From IMG/VR virus record IMGVR_UViG_3300022902_000007: a stretch of DNA of 64,000 nt. One strand, written 5' to 3'. The notes under the pieces were generated by a model. The model was given only the letters and a program-made list of their open reading frames with translations. It ran no database searches and was not told where the DNA came from. This document shows, piece by piece, positions 38,299 to 49,200 of the stretch. Both the position numbers and the translations under genes were made by a program. Origin of the DNA: a virus. Numbering within the stretch: the stretch's first letter is position 1; each line of letters opens with the position of its first letter.

Positions 38299-39078
38299 GT
38301 GAGTTCAGAAGAGTCCCATCTCCAAGAAGCTGTTCCAGAAGAACTGCTGGAGGCCAGCAATTTCCTTTCTTTGGTCATTGTCGAGGGGATGCAGGAGATT
38401 ACCTCAGCTGAAATTCCAGTTACAATAAACTCTCCATTCACTCTTGACCTCAGTCGATTCATTCCAAACATAGTTCCACTTACACTGCCTACATTCTTTG
38501 AAAACGTCGCTGATATTATCTCTGATGCCCAAGATCGAGCGGGGCTGTCTTCCAGTAAGTTCATAGAACTGACAGAAGAGTATCCTCCCGATTCGTTTGG
38601 TCATGACGAAGATGAACGTATCTGTTTCAGAGTGCTGAGTCGACATCCAGCCAAAATGGACAGGAAGGCCACCGGTCGCCCTCAGAGGGGTTTCACTCAC
38701 TACTATGAGTGTGTCCAGGGTAGGGACCCAAACAAGGTTCTTGTTATAGAATCTCGGCCTGTCGACCACAAGATCGAATTCACCTGCTGGGCCAAGTCCA
38801 ATAAGCTTGCGAATGCTCGGGCTTTGTGGCTGGAGACTCTTCTGACAAATCATTCCTGGGCAAACAAGATCAAAGGAGCCGAAAGGTTCCATTGGGAAGG
38901 CCGAGGGGCAGATGGGTACATGACAAGCGGCGGACAAAAACTTTTTTACAGGCCACTGAACTTCTTTCTGAGATTTAGAGAGTTTGCAGTAAGAGCTGCT
39001 CCTATCATCAGGAACTTCGAGATCAAATATGGCCTACAAAACTATCTCGTAAACACTTCTACCTATGAAGAAGATTAA
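38299..39078 (+). CDS. tail completion/terminator protein
   Basis: Immediately upstream of the sheath gene; IEFTCWAKSN..ANARA. Confidence 0.55.
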   Translation: MSSEESHLQEAVPEELLEASNFLSLVIVEGMQEITSAEIPVTINSPFTLDLSRFIPNIVPLTLPTFFENVADIISDAQDRAGLSSSKFIELTEEYPPDSFGHDEDERICFRVLSRHPAKMDRKATGRPQRGFTHYYECVQGRDPNKVLVIESRPVDHKIEFTCWAKSNKLANARALWLETLLTNHSWANKIKGAERFHWEGRGADGYMTSGGQKLFYRPLNFFLRFREFAVRAAPIIRNFEIKYGLQNYLVNTSTYEED

Positions 39079-39095
39079 TTCTTCGGAGGTCCAAT

Positions 39096-41405
39096 ATGGG
39101 TTATGAAAACATCCCTTCGGTGACAGCAGAGCTTCCTGATGGAAACCTGCGCACTTCCATGACCTCGAGTCAACCCCGAATTCTCATTCTTGGTGCAGCC
39201 GCCAGTGGTATTACCTATGAACTTTATCAGGTAACCAACGTCGGTGCAGCCGAAACTGAATTTGGCAAGACTTCCGAGATCATCAAGAAGATGCATGAAG
39301 TCATCAATCAGAATGCAGACAACGTTGCGCTAATGCGTATCGGTGGACAGCAGGGCGTTTGCCGCCTGACCACTGCTTCTGGTGGAACCGTCACTTTTTA
39401 CACTCTTTACCGTGATGAAGATATCCTTGATCGCTATTCTCTCGTAATTACCAACGACGCAACCACTAACCGTTATCTTGTCTGGGACAACGAAGACAAT
39501 GAATGGGTTTTCGACACTAACGAAATCAAGGTTATTGATGATGGTATCATCCGTATCGTAGAGAGCGGTACAGTCGATATCATGACTGTTGGTGACATCG
39601 ATGCTCCTGACACTGCTGCTGACTCTCCAACACTTGGTGGCACGGATGTAATCATCGCTGGTGATGACTCAGAGGGGAACCTGGCCACCGTAGCTACTGT
39701 TGACGGTACTGACGGTACTTCGATGAGCATGATTCAGCGTTATGCTGCTCTGAACACTGCCTATCAGGTGATGGATTTCAGAGATGCAGATTATGTCATT
39801 CCTTGTGCGATTCACCTGGATGATGTGAACATCGTCGATAGTGGATCGGCCACGGAACAGTCTCTCTTCTGCTCTCCAGCTGTAACTGATACTTCTGCTA
39901 ATGACCAGCTCTGGTACGTGTGGCAGTACATCTACCGTGGTAAGCTCTACACCTACTTCGTTGAAAGTGCAGATTTCTTCACTCAATATGCCACTGCTGC
40001 TGCTTCAGTAGGCACGGCTACTTCGACTACCCTTACTTATACAGCTGTTAAGAAAAGTGCTGAAGGTGATGCTATCACTGTCCAGCATATTCAAGCTGCC
40101 AGTACTTCTGTCACCACTACGGTCTCTGAGACTGGTGTCGCGATTGTACTTAATATCGATATTGTTGGTGGTGCTACTCAAGCTGATGCTATTCAGGCAG
40201 TCAATGCTGATCTCAATGCTTCTAAGTGGGTCACTGCTGCTACTTCTGCTGGTGCTGTCGTCCTGATTGCCGAGGTTGTTACTTGTGCTGCTGGTGCAGG
40301 CGAGTCTTTCACTACACATGCTGAGCTCACTGGTGATGCAGAGCCAGCTGGTGTACTCACCAAATTCGTCGCAGGTGCTGACGCTGAAATTCGCGAAGTC
40401 AACTTCGTGCATCAGCTTGGTTCTTTCTGCTACACGGCCTCTACCAACTGGAAGTCCATGATCGGCTTCGTGACAACCAAGCCCCCCAGCGCTTTTGATC
40501 GCTATACCGTAGCAACTTGGGTTGGCGAGACTCCCACTTATACTGACAATGGAACCATTGAGTATATCGATAGCTCTGCTGACAATGGCACTGGTCTTCT
40601 TGGGATCAAGTTCATGGCTGGCAAGGCTGGCGCTGCAAGTGATGGCTATCGTGATGGTCTGGTAACTGACGGCGATGCAAATGACAGTTACGCTTACGGT
40701 GGATTCATCCTGACTGACGGTGCTTCGCTTCCTAACGAGCTGCCTTATGGTATCAATGATAGTGACGAAGCTACTGATGTTAATGGTGAGCCAGTTGATC
40801 TCGGCAAGCATCTCTTCGTAACCTACGATTACTGGGTGCATAACAACAGCTACAATGGTGGGACCCGCTATCGCGGTTCTATCGAAGGTATGGTTGCTGG
40901 TAAGTATGCCGTAACTGATGTCCGCAGAGAGCCCATTGGCCCTTCTAACGGACTGATTACTGGTGGATCTCGTCCTTGTCATATCAAGTATCCTCAGATG
41001 AATGACCTGGCTGGCCTCAGAATGATTGGCCTGCGCAGAGAAGACAATGTTGGCTACATCCTCGTGAGTGCCCACACTGCTGCAAACCCAGATTCTGATT
41101 ACACCAAGCTTTCTACCATCCGTAGCGTCAACCGCACTCTGAACAATGTTCGGACGATCTGCAAGCGCTACCTCGGTGAAGCATTCACTGCATCCGTACT
41201 TGCTTCCCTCAATCAGCAGATTGAAGCATACCTTCTTTCTGACAAGCAAGAGGGCTACAACAACGGTGCCGTACACTCGCTTTCCTACGACAACACTGAT
41301 AGAATTCTTGGCAGATTGACAGTTTACGTCAAGATGGTACCCCCAGGCTCTATCGAGTCGATCAATGTTTCCCTATCACTCGCCGCAAGCGAAAGTGATC
41401 TCTAA
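39096..41405 (+). CDS. tail sheath protein
   Basis: Size; C-terminal YTKLSTIR..RYLGE..LTVYVKMVPP..IESI sheath pattern. Confidence 0.85.
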   Translation: MGYENIPSVTAELPDGNLRTSMTSSQPRILILGAAASGITYELYQVTNVGAAETEFGKTSEIIKKMHEVINQNADNVALMRIGGQQGVCRLTTASGGTVTFYTLYRDEDILDRYSLVITNDATTNRYLVWDNEDNEWVFDTNEIKVIDDGIIRIVESGTVDIMTVGDIDAPDTAADSPTLGGTDVIIAGDDSEGNLATVATVDGTDGTSMSMIQRYAALNTAYQVMDFRDADYVIPCAIHLDDVNIVDSGSATEQSLFCSPAVTDTSANDQLWYVWQYIYRGKLYTYFVESADFFTQYATAAASVGTATSTTLTYTAVKKSAEGDAITVQHIQAASTSVTTTVSETGVAIVLNIDIVGGATQADAIQAVNADLNASKWVTAATSAGAVVLIAEVVTCAAGAGESFTTHAELTGDAEPAGVLTKFVAGADAEIREVNFVHQLGSFCYTASTNWKSMIGFVTTKPPSAFDRYTVATWVGETPTYTDNGTIEYIDSSADNGTGLLGIKFMAGKAGAASDGYRDGLVTDGDANDSYAYGGFILTDGASLPNELPYGINDSDEATDVNGEPVDLGKHLFVTYDYWVHNNSYNGGTRYRGSIEGMVAGKYAVTDVRREPIGPSNGLITGGSRPCHIKYPQMNDLAGLRMIGLRREDNVGYILVSAHTAANPDSDYTKLSTIRSVNRTLNNVRTICKRYLGEAFTASVLASLNQQIEAYLLSDKQEGYNNGAVHSLSYDNTDRILGRLTVYVKMVPPGSIESINVSLSLAASESDL

Positions 41406-41415
41406 GGAGTAACGA

Positions 41416-42066
41416 ATGCCTACTTCCTCAGTGCAAATGTCCAGAACCTATACCAGCTTTTCTGGGGTTGACATCAAGGCAGTCGTAGATGGTGAGCCTA
41501 TCGGGCAACTACAGGCGATTTCCTATGCAATCCAGCGTGAAAAAGCTCCCATCTATGTGATGGGTCGAGTCGAGCCTCTGAGCTTCTCTCGTGGTAAGCG
41601 AGGTATCGCTGGGACTCTCATCTCTCTGATGCTTGATGAGCACATGCTTCTGAGCACCCCATGGAACTATCGTGGTTTTGTCGCTGACAATGATGAGGTC
41701 TATCCCTCTGTTGCAGATGCGAATGACGTCTCTATTAGTTCAAGCTCTGGTGGTCTCGCCGACCTCGAAGAGGTTGACGGCGCATCCAGCTTTGATGCTT
41801 CGAATGTCTCTGGTAGTTTTACTCTCACCAATGCCTGGTATGTTGATCAGCTCCCTCCATTCGACGTTGCAATTGTTGCAGTGAATGAGTATGGCAAGGC
41901 TGCTCAGATGCGTATCTATGGTATTGAGATTCTCAATGAGGGCTCAGGGTTCTCTATTGATGACATAGTGATTGAAAATCAAATGACTTACGTTGCAAGA
42001 TCTATATATCACTGGTCACCGATGGGAAGTTACAACATGTCTACCGGTGCCTTCACAAGCACTTAG
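41416..42066 (+). CDS. tail tube protein
   Basis: Follows the sheath gene; SFSGVDI..QAISY..RGKRGIAG..TYVAR. Confidence 0.85.
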   Translation: MPTSSVQMSRTYTSFSGVDIKAVVDGEPIGQLQAISYAIQREKAPIYVMGRVEPLSFSRGKRGIAGTLISLMLDEHMLLSTPWNYRGFVADNDEVYPSVADANDVSISSSSGGLADLEEVDGASSFDASNVSGSFTLTNAWYVDQLPPFDVAIVAVNEYGKAAQMRIYGIEILNEGSGFSIDDIVIENQMTYVARSIYHWSPMGSYNMSTGAFTST

Positions 42067-42081
42067 AACCTGCCTTTTCGC

Positions 42082-42109
42082 AAGGAGCCATTTTTGTGGC
42101 TCCTTTTTT
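42082..42109 (+). terminator. intrinsic terminator after tube gene
   Basis: AAGGAGCCA-TTTTTG-TGGCTCCTT-TTTT. Confidence 0.8.
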
Positions 42110-42192
42110 GTGTGTCCATCTTGGTATTACCTATGCATTTGTGATATATTATAGGAAGTCAACTTACTTGATTCTCTATAGAAGGATACACA

Positions 42193-43146
42193 ATGAAGAA
42201 GATACCTGTTAATGACACCTACTTCTGCAAGCACTGCCAAGAAGAGAGGCCAGCTTCTGATTTCTATTCTCGGAACAAGTCTACATGCAAGAAGTGCATT
42301 GTCGCGAAAAAGAAAGCCCGTAGAACTTCTTGTCCAGTCGATGGCTGTGATGGGACTGTAGATCACCGCTCAAAGACGGGGTTATGTAAGCATCATACAA
42401 ATCTTGCCTGGCACAATGGTGTTGATTATTCAGATCTCGAAGCTATAGCGAGGCTTCAGGTAAAGGAATACAAGTGCAGGGCTTGTGGAGTCAGGGTAAA
42501 TTGTCAGTATGAATATTGTATGAGGTGCACTCAGATCAAACATCATTATCCTGAGTACTCTGATGAAGAGATTGCCATGCATGAAACAAGAGCTGTGAGA
42601 GTTAAGAAGCGCAAAGAGAAGAAGGCTGTATATGAATCTTACTTGGAAGAGAATGAGCTCCGGCTATGTCCGAGGTGCAAGAGTGAGAAGTCGAAAGAGG
42701 AGTGGTATAGTGATCAGAGTTATTGGTGTAAGGCCTGTTATCGTGAGGGGCAGAGGAACTATTATCATAGCTACTTGAAGCATGATCCTTGTCACAACAT
42801 CCGGCATTCTTGCAAGAGAATGGTGTCCAAGGCTCTAAAAAGAGTTGGACACTCTAAAGCTGGGAAATCTTTCTTTGAGCATGTCCCCTATACAGTCCAG
42901 GAGCTTAAGACCCACCTTGAAACCCAGTTCACGCCAAAAATGTCTTGGGATAATTATGGTAGTTATTGGGTCATTGATCACATTGTCCCCCAGGCTGTCT
43001 TTAGTTATACTTCCATGGATTCTGCAATGTTCGAAGCCTGCTGGTCTCTCAAGAATTTACAGCCATTGGAACGAACTGAGAATAATAAAAAATCTTCTAT
43101 CTTTAGAGGCAAACGCTGGAATTATGATCCCAGCCGATGGGAATAA
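42193..43146 (+). CDS. HNH homing endonuclease with N-terminal zinc fingers
   Basis: Multiple CxxC pairs; IDHIVP..NLQPL..NNKKS. Confidence 0.85.
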   Translation: MKKIPVNDTYFCKHCQEERPASDFYSRNKSTCKKCIVAKKKARRTSCPVDGCDGTVDHRSKTGLCKHHTNLAWHNGVDYSDLEAIARLQVKEYKCRACGVRVNCQYEYCMRCTQIKHHYPEYSDEEIAMHETRAVRVKKRKEKKAVYESYLEENELRLCPRCKSEKSKEEWYSDQSYWCKACYREGQRNYYHSYLKHDPCHNIRHSCKRMVSKALKRVGHSKAGKSFFEHVPYTVQELKTHLETQFTPKMSWDNYGSYWVIDHIVPQAVFSYTSMDSAMFEACWSLKNLQPLERTENNKKSSIFRGKRWNYDPSRWE

Positions 43147-43213
43147 TCTTCAGCTCACTTTCCCTTCTTGCTTTTGCTACAATACGACTTGTACCATCTC
43201 TGTGAGGTAATTA

Positions 43214-44146
43214 GTGGCTTTCTCCAAGCGGTATAGATATTCATACTCTGGCGCTGACGTAAAGTGCTGGGCTTATTTTCCTCACTGGGCTGCGGGCTAC
43301 CCAATACAGGAGAATTGGCAAGTCGATCCTCAGAGTATTGGTCAACAGCCAGCTCCAGCTCCGATAGAACTGGAAGCACTGCATACCATATCTGTCTCTA
43401 TTCATGAGCCTCGTGGCCCCGCCAGAAGTCTTGGCTTCAGAAACGTGAAGGGCTTTGCTCGTTCTGTTCGGACGATAGCCGGCTCCATCATCATGACAAT
43501 CATAGAGGACCATCCTCTATTGACAATGATGCGTAAAGATCGTGAGTATGCTGAATACCACATGAAGGCCTCAGGCAGAGATAGACGAATGTGGTCTGCT
43601 GACCTCGATATGTTTGGTGTGGGCAGTATGTTCAGTGCGAATGATCTCAGTGTTCGGCTTCCCACCATGCTTGCTCCATTCAATCTGTTTTCCAGGTATG
43701 TCTCTGAGTCTGGAGTATCAGTCGCAGATGACTTGGTAACCGTGGACACGCTGGTTGGGAAAGGGTCTGGCTTCCAGCAGAATGCAGGGATCGCTCATGG
43801 AGGCTGGCTGCTGTCTGGAGTAGAGCTCGTAGGCGAAGGTGTCACGACCTCTGTGAATGACATGGTCACTGAAGTGATGTATCAATTTGTTGCTCGGGAC
43901 TACAAATCGTTCACTACTTCAGAAGCCGTAGTCAGCGGAAACATCACTAACTTCTTGTATGACCTGGACACTCCAGTGACAGTAGAAGAGAGTCTTCATG
44001 CGACCCTCATGGAAGCATTGGCGCTGCAAGAAGAACAGTCTTGGGCTCAACAGAGTGTATATGCTACTCCACCCGTAGAAGAGGGGCTGCCGTCTCGTGA
44101 ACAGAAATACATACCGACTACCTCTCGTGGTGTGGGGATGATGTAA
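43214..44146 (+). CDS. tube-fold baseplate/tube initiator protein
   Basis: YSGADVK..LHTISVS..RTIAGS..FVAR aligns by eye with the tube protein. Confidence 0.7.
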   Translation: MAFSKRYRYSYSGADVKCWAYFPHWAAGYPIQENWQVDPQSIGQQPAPAPIELEALHTISVSIHEPRGPARSLGFRNVKGFARSVRTIAGSIIMTIIEDHPLLTMMRKDREYAEYHMKASGRDRRMWSADLDMFGVGSMFSANDLSVRLPTMLAPFNLFSRYVSESGVSVADDLVTVDTLVGKGSGFQQNAGIAHGGWLLSGVELVGEGVTTSVNDMVTEVMYQFVARDYKSFTTSEAVVSGNITNFLYDLDTPVTVEESLHATLMEALALQEEQSWAQQSVYATPPVEEGLPSREQKYIPTTSRGVGMM

Positions 44147-44772
44147 TGAGTATTAAAGAATATGGATATGCCTATTTCTGCGGTGCCAATGCCGTGGTCT
44201 CCGTAAATGACTTCCCGGTTCTGGAAGCAGCGGGCATCTCTTACAACGTCATTGATTCTACTACCCCAGTATATGGGTACTCTTCCAAGCTGTTTGATGG
44301 TGTCGCTGCAGGTCAGGTTATCGTTCAGGGTTCGCTTGTCACGAATTTCGTGCATCATGACTATCTGTTCGAGTGTATAAGCTGGGGGCTATCTGGAAAT
44401 CCCACTGTTGGCCAGGCCCAGTATCTTGAAGAACAGGGATTTACTCCTTACGACCCAATTGAGTATCAGAAGCTTACGGAGGATGGCATTCCGCTTTCTC
44501 AAGATGCGATTCGGAATGCCGAAGAACAGTTTTGGACTCTGCCTACTTTGAAGAAGGATACTGGATACGAACAACTCAGAAGCATGTCCCCTCTGGCTTT
44601 CTCGCCAATAAACATTAGCATTTCGTTCGGCAAACGTTATACAATCGATTTGCTTTCGGCTTTCTTCATTGGCAGAGGAAGTACCATCCAGATAGATGAA
44701 AACACAATAATGGAAGAATATCCATTTTTCGCTCGCCAGATGAAGACCAGATATCACAATGAAACGAGGTAG
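44146..44772 (+). CDS. second tube-fold initiator protein
   Basis: YFCGAN..GISY..PVYGY..VQGS..FFAR aligns by eye with the tube protein. Confidence 0.65.
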   Translation: MSIKEYGYAYFCGANAVVSVNDFPVLEAAGISYNVIDSTTPVYGYSSKLFDGVAAGQVIVQGSLVTNFVHHDYLFECISWGLSGNPTVGQAQYLEEQGFTPYDPIEYQKLTEDGIPLSQDAIRNAEEQFWTLPTLKKDTGYEQLRSMSPLAFSPINISISFGKRYTIDLLSAFFIGRGSTIQIDENTIMEEYPFFARQMKTRYHNETR

Positions 44773-44778
44773 TTATAC

Positions 44779-45540
44779 ATGGCAGTTCGAGTAAGTAAGG
44801 TTGATGACAAAACGACAAGAATTGGTCGGGCTCTTGGAGCCAGAGAGACTCAGCTCCTTGAATCAAAGTCTCCCACAGGCGCCGACATTTGGGACAATCT
44901 CGATGATCTCAACGAAGAAGTTGAGGAATCACATGGAGCATTCTTGAAAAATAGCAAGCAGGAGAAAACAGTGAGCAGCCCAGTAGCCCGTCCTACAGGA
45001 CGCAGAGTACCCAGAGCAGTGCAAGCCCAGAGAGAGCTTGCAGAAGAGATCCCCACACCAGCAGAGCCTGAAGAAGATTTTGATACCATGCTCAATAGTG
45101 TTGGCCAAAAGGAAGAGGCTCCTGGTGGAGTCTTCATGAATGAGGATGAGAGGAAGTCCAAGATCCTGGAATACTTGAACAAGCTTCCCAATGCTCCTTC
45201 CGCTGCTCAGATTGCTGAATGGAAAAGAAAGCGTGGTCAGAACGGAGTAAGTGTCATTGTCTTTGATGATGAGAACGTCTTTGTTTATACTTACCTTGAT
45301 AATGCCCAGTGGCGAAAACTACAAGAGAAGATCCAGAAGCTGGCTGAACAGGGTGATAGAGACGCTGAAGATTTGCTCAAGGAGAAGGTCGTGAAGTTCT
45401 GTACCCTGTGGCCAGTGCTTCCAACAGAGTTCTTCTATACTTCTCGGGCCGGCATCCTGGAGAGTCTCTATAACGCCATTTGGACAGAGTCTTATTTCTT
45501 GCGTCCAGAACAAGTTCAGATGCTGACTGTACAGTTGTAG
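44779..45540 (+). CDS. tail assembly chaperone
   Basis: Position; IAEWK..G..VFVY..CTLWP..AG pattern. Confidence 0.6.
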   Translation: MAVRVSKVDDKTTRIGRALGARETQLLESKSPTGADIWDNLDDLNEEVEESHGAFLKNSKQEKTVSSPVARPTGRRVPRAVQAQRELAEEIPTPAEPEEDFDTMLNSVGQKEEAPGGVFMNEDERKSKILEYLNKLPNAPSAAQIAEWKRKRGQNGVSVIVFDDENVFVYTYLDNAQWRKLQEKIQKLAEQGDRDAEDLLKEKVVKFCTLWPVLPTEFFYTSRAGILESLYNAIWTESYFLRPEQVQMLTVQL

Positions 45541-46239
45541 ATGCTCGATATAAATGCAATCCTCGAAACTGCAGGGGGCATCTATCAGACCACTACTCCG
45601 GATGGTCACCAGACGTTCTCCTACAGACTCCTTTCCATGAAGGAGTATAGAGTTTTTGCAGCTTTGAGAGACGGCGGCATATTGCCGCCGCATGAGCTTT
45701 TCACACAAGTATTCGACAGATGTCACTTGGGCAGTTTTGTCCCCGATGCTACCAGGGCGGGAATGATCCCCTCTGTTGGCCAATGGATATTGTGGCTCTC
45801 TGGAGACTGTGAATCACAGACACTCAAACAAGACATTGACCACCTTAGAGAATTGCATCCAGCCGATTCTGTCAATGCATATCAGATGTCTATCATAACC
45901 TCTGTCTTCCCCTATAAGCTAAAAGAGATAGAGGCCTGGCCTCGTACAGAGTTCCATCGTCAGTTCGTAATTGCCGAGAATATCTTGGCGAAGCAAAACC
46001 CTGACTTCGAGCGATTCAATACTTCTCAGATTCTCTCACCCGAACAGGTCGAGAAGCTCAAGCAGAAGCAGAACCCTGCCAACATAGACTTTGCCGCCGA
46101 GAACATGTCGATTCGGAAGGGTATGGGCGCTGGTAACGTAGAGGATATGGAAACTGAAATGGGACAAAAGAGGGCACGGGTGAAAGCTTTGACTCGTGCT
46201 CAGGCAGCAAAAATGGATAGAATACGCCGAGGAGGTTAG
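45541..46239 (+). CDS. second tail assembly chaperone
   Basis: Position before the large tail gene; FSYRLLSMKEY..AG pattern. Confidence 0.55.
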   Translation: MLDINAILETAGGIYQTTTPDGHQTFSYRLLSMKEYRVFAALRDGGILPPHELFTQVFDRCHLGSFVPDATRAGMIPSVGQWILWLSGDCESQTLKQDIDHLRELHPADSVNAYQMSIITSVFPYKLKEIEAWPRTEFHRQFVIAENILAKQNPDFERFNTSQILSPEQVEKLKQKQNPANIDFAAENMSIRKGMGAGNVEDMETEMGQKRARVKALTRAQAAKMDRIRRGG

Positions 46240-46242
46240 TTT

Positions 46243-49200
46243 ATGTCTCCAAAGCGTTGGGATTCCCAAGAGAACGTTCCGTGGAATCCTCCGAGTCATA
46301 GAGCTGGAAAGTTAGCTGTAGCCGCCGCCCTCACAGGCGGCGCTGGTTATGCTGCCATGAACTACCGGTTCTCCAGCGGTACGGCAATGGACTATGCCCA
46401 TGCCGTCATCAGACACACTGGTAACGTCTCACCCTACTCTATCCTAAATACGTTCAGAGGCGCTCAGTGGCTCTCTCCCTGGCTTTCGACAGAAGCCCAG
46501 GGGCTGTCATCGGCGAAGGACCTAAAGCTGTCTGGGAGCCTCCCAGGGGCTCCAGGAGCACGCTATCATCACTGGGCAGAGGAGATGATTGGGGACGATG
46601 CCTCCAAGGAGTGGATTCGCAAGGTAGCTGGTAGTAAGAGATTCCAGCAAGCGGGCTTGGATGTCCAGCCTTTCGAGATGCTGTATTCGAGGGGTGGAAA
46701 AGATACCACTGGTGCTGGCTCACTCTGGGCAAGAGTTCGGGGCGGTGATGCCTGGCAGAAGCTATCTGGCAGTGTTTCGCTATTCGAGGCTACTCCTGTA
46801 GATCCCAAGATAGCAGCGACCAGAGGTATTCAGCAGGAGGCGATGAATCCCGCCCTTACTGGCATCTGGGATGCCATGGGGATGAGTGAGATCTGGGGCA
46901 AGAAGAGCTACGGCAAGTTCAGTCGTGCTTTCAGGACAGTCACTGAAGAAGGCAAGCCTGGAGGGATGTCCAAGTACGTTCCTATCCCTGCATTGCTTGG
47001 CAAAGACATTGATGGGTGGCAAGGAGTCCATAGGAGATTCTCCACATATGTAGGCGGGCCTCTGGCACAGGGCATGGGCCGTATGAATCGTCTGCTCGAA
47101 CAGACGATGGACCAGTTACCGATACTCCGTAACGTGAACTATGCATTCGAGCAACAGTTCAAGACGGGTATGGGAGTTCAGCCAGGCCCTGCTTCGAAAA
47201 TGTTTGCTCGCTTCGGAACACGAGCTGCTGCCGTTGGAGCCATCGGCGTTGGTGTCGCTCAAAGCGATTGGATTCGTAGACACTATGGTGTTGGTGGGCA
47301 TCTTGCCGCGACGGGTCTTACGACTACGGCAATCACGTATGCTGCTCACAAGATGTTCAACAGAACTCCTCTGACCTTTGGAGTAGCTGCTGCTTCTGCT
47401 GTAGGCCAGTTGATTCTTCCAGGTTTCAGAGAAGGCTTGGTTCCCGGCGCGATAACGACTGCATCCAATCTTAGTATTGGCAAGTCGATGGTCGGATCTC
47501 TTACATTCATGAATACTTATAGGAGAACCCTTGAGGGGTTCTTGCCAGGTGCTTCTGATTGGAAGACTTCTGTACTGGCTGGTCTGGGTGTAGCTGGTTT
47601 CTCTTATATGGGCGGGTCCGCTGCGCTCATCAAGAAGCATGGTTATAGAGGAATACTCCCTGCCTCTCTTGAGAAATTCATCGGAGTGGAGGGTGCTGAC
47701 TTTGGCTTGCATGCAGACCCACCGCCAACTATCAGGAGTCTGTATAGAGATGAAGTTCATTCCATAGCTCAAAAGCGTCTCGGAACTGAGTACGGCTCCA
47801 TCATGAGTGAGCGTGGATGGGTAAGTTTCAAGAACCGAAAGATTGATCTGGCTCTACAAAGACAGGGCCAGTCGTCTGGCACTTGGCGTGGCCTCATGGA
47901 TGAGCTGGATCTCGCTTGGGAGACAGCATCTACCAAGTATGGTCAGTTCTTGAGCGGTGAGCTGGAGGGCTATCCTAACCTCAATAATTCTCTGCGTTCT
48001 CGCATTGCGAAGATCAATGGAGAATTCCAGGGAAGAACGGCTTCCGCGACCTCCAAGCGCTTTCTTGCGAAGAGTGGTACCAAAATCTGGCACTCATTCT
48101 TGGGAATGAACCCAGCTGTGGCCTCTCTCAGAGAAGACCTCGGTGTGCTCGGTGCGAAGAGTCATCTTGGCAGGCTTGGCTTGTTGTTTGGTGCTGGTGC
48201 TCTTGGCTGGAGCATGGTTACTGGTGGTCTGCTTGGGTCAATGGAGGACCCCTCTGAGCTTGCTGATATATATTCTGGTCGTCAACACGTTACTGTGAAA
48301 GAAGGTAGGGCCTGGGAAGCTGGCGGTGCGCCATTCGAAGGAAAGAAGCCTCTATATAGTCGTCCTCACAACTTCGCTTTGTTAATGAGCAGAGCAAGGC
48401 AGAAGGCCGTATGGGGAGATGACGAAGACGAGATTAGTCCAGTAAAGAAGTTTTTGCTAAAGAACTTCTCATATGAGCTTGAGAAGAGAACCTATTGGGA
48501 CAGGCCTCATGTTGTCTCCAGCGCTGCTTTCGAGGGCATCCCCGTAATTGGCGGGCTCCTGGCTTCTACAATTGGGCAGATCGTGAAGCCACCGAAGCTT
48601 ATGCATATCTCTGAGTGGGCTCGTCAGGGGCCCAATGGGGAGATCGAGTTTGCGCACAAGCCTGAGTATGGGAACATCTCTTACGAGATGGGAGGGTTGA
48701 CGCCTGGTGCTCCGCACTCCCCATACTCCTCTCCGTTCCAAGCTGGTTATGCTGCATACCAGTACAATGAATTGGCAGGTCTGTTTGGCTGGGCGCTGAA
48801 TACGGCTACCAAGGCTGTGACCGGCTCAGACATGTTTGCCACCCAGCGACCCGTATTGGCATCTGCTGGGGCTATCTCTTCAGCACAGAAGGCATTCTGG
48901 GACCTGGAGCTTGCTGGCGCTCTCGGATTATCAGAAGGTATAAGACGCTTTCTTCCAAGGGACCGGAGCGAAGTAGAAGAATATAATCCACTCATTAACA
49001 ACACTCCCTCATGGCTACCTGACAGATTTGCTTACGGTGATCCGTATCGCTCTGTGGACAGGGGACACGTTCGTCTGCCTGGCCCAGGCTATTCAGCTTT
49101 GCACCCTGAGCTGAAAGGCATGGATCCTGAGAACTATCCACGTATCTATCGCTACATGATTCTTGCTGATGTGGCCAATCAATCCAGAGAGTTCAAGCAG

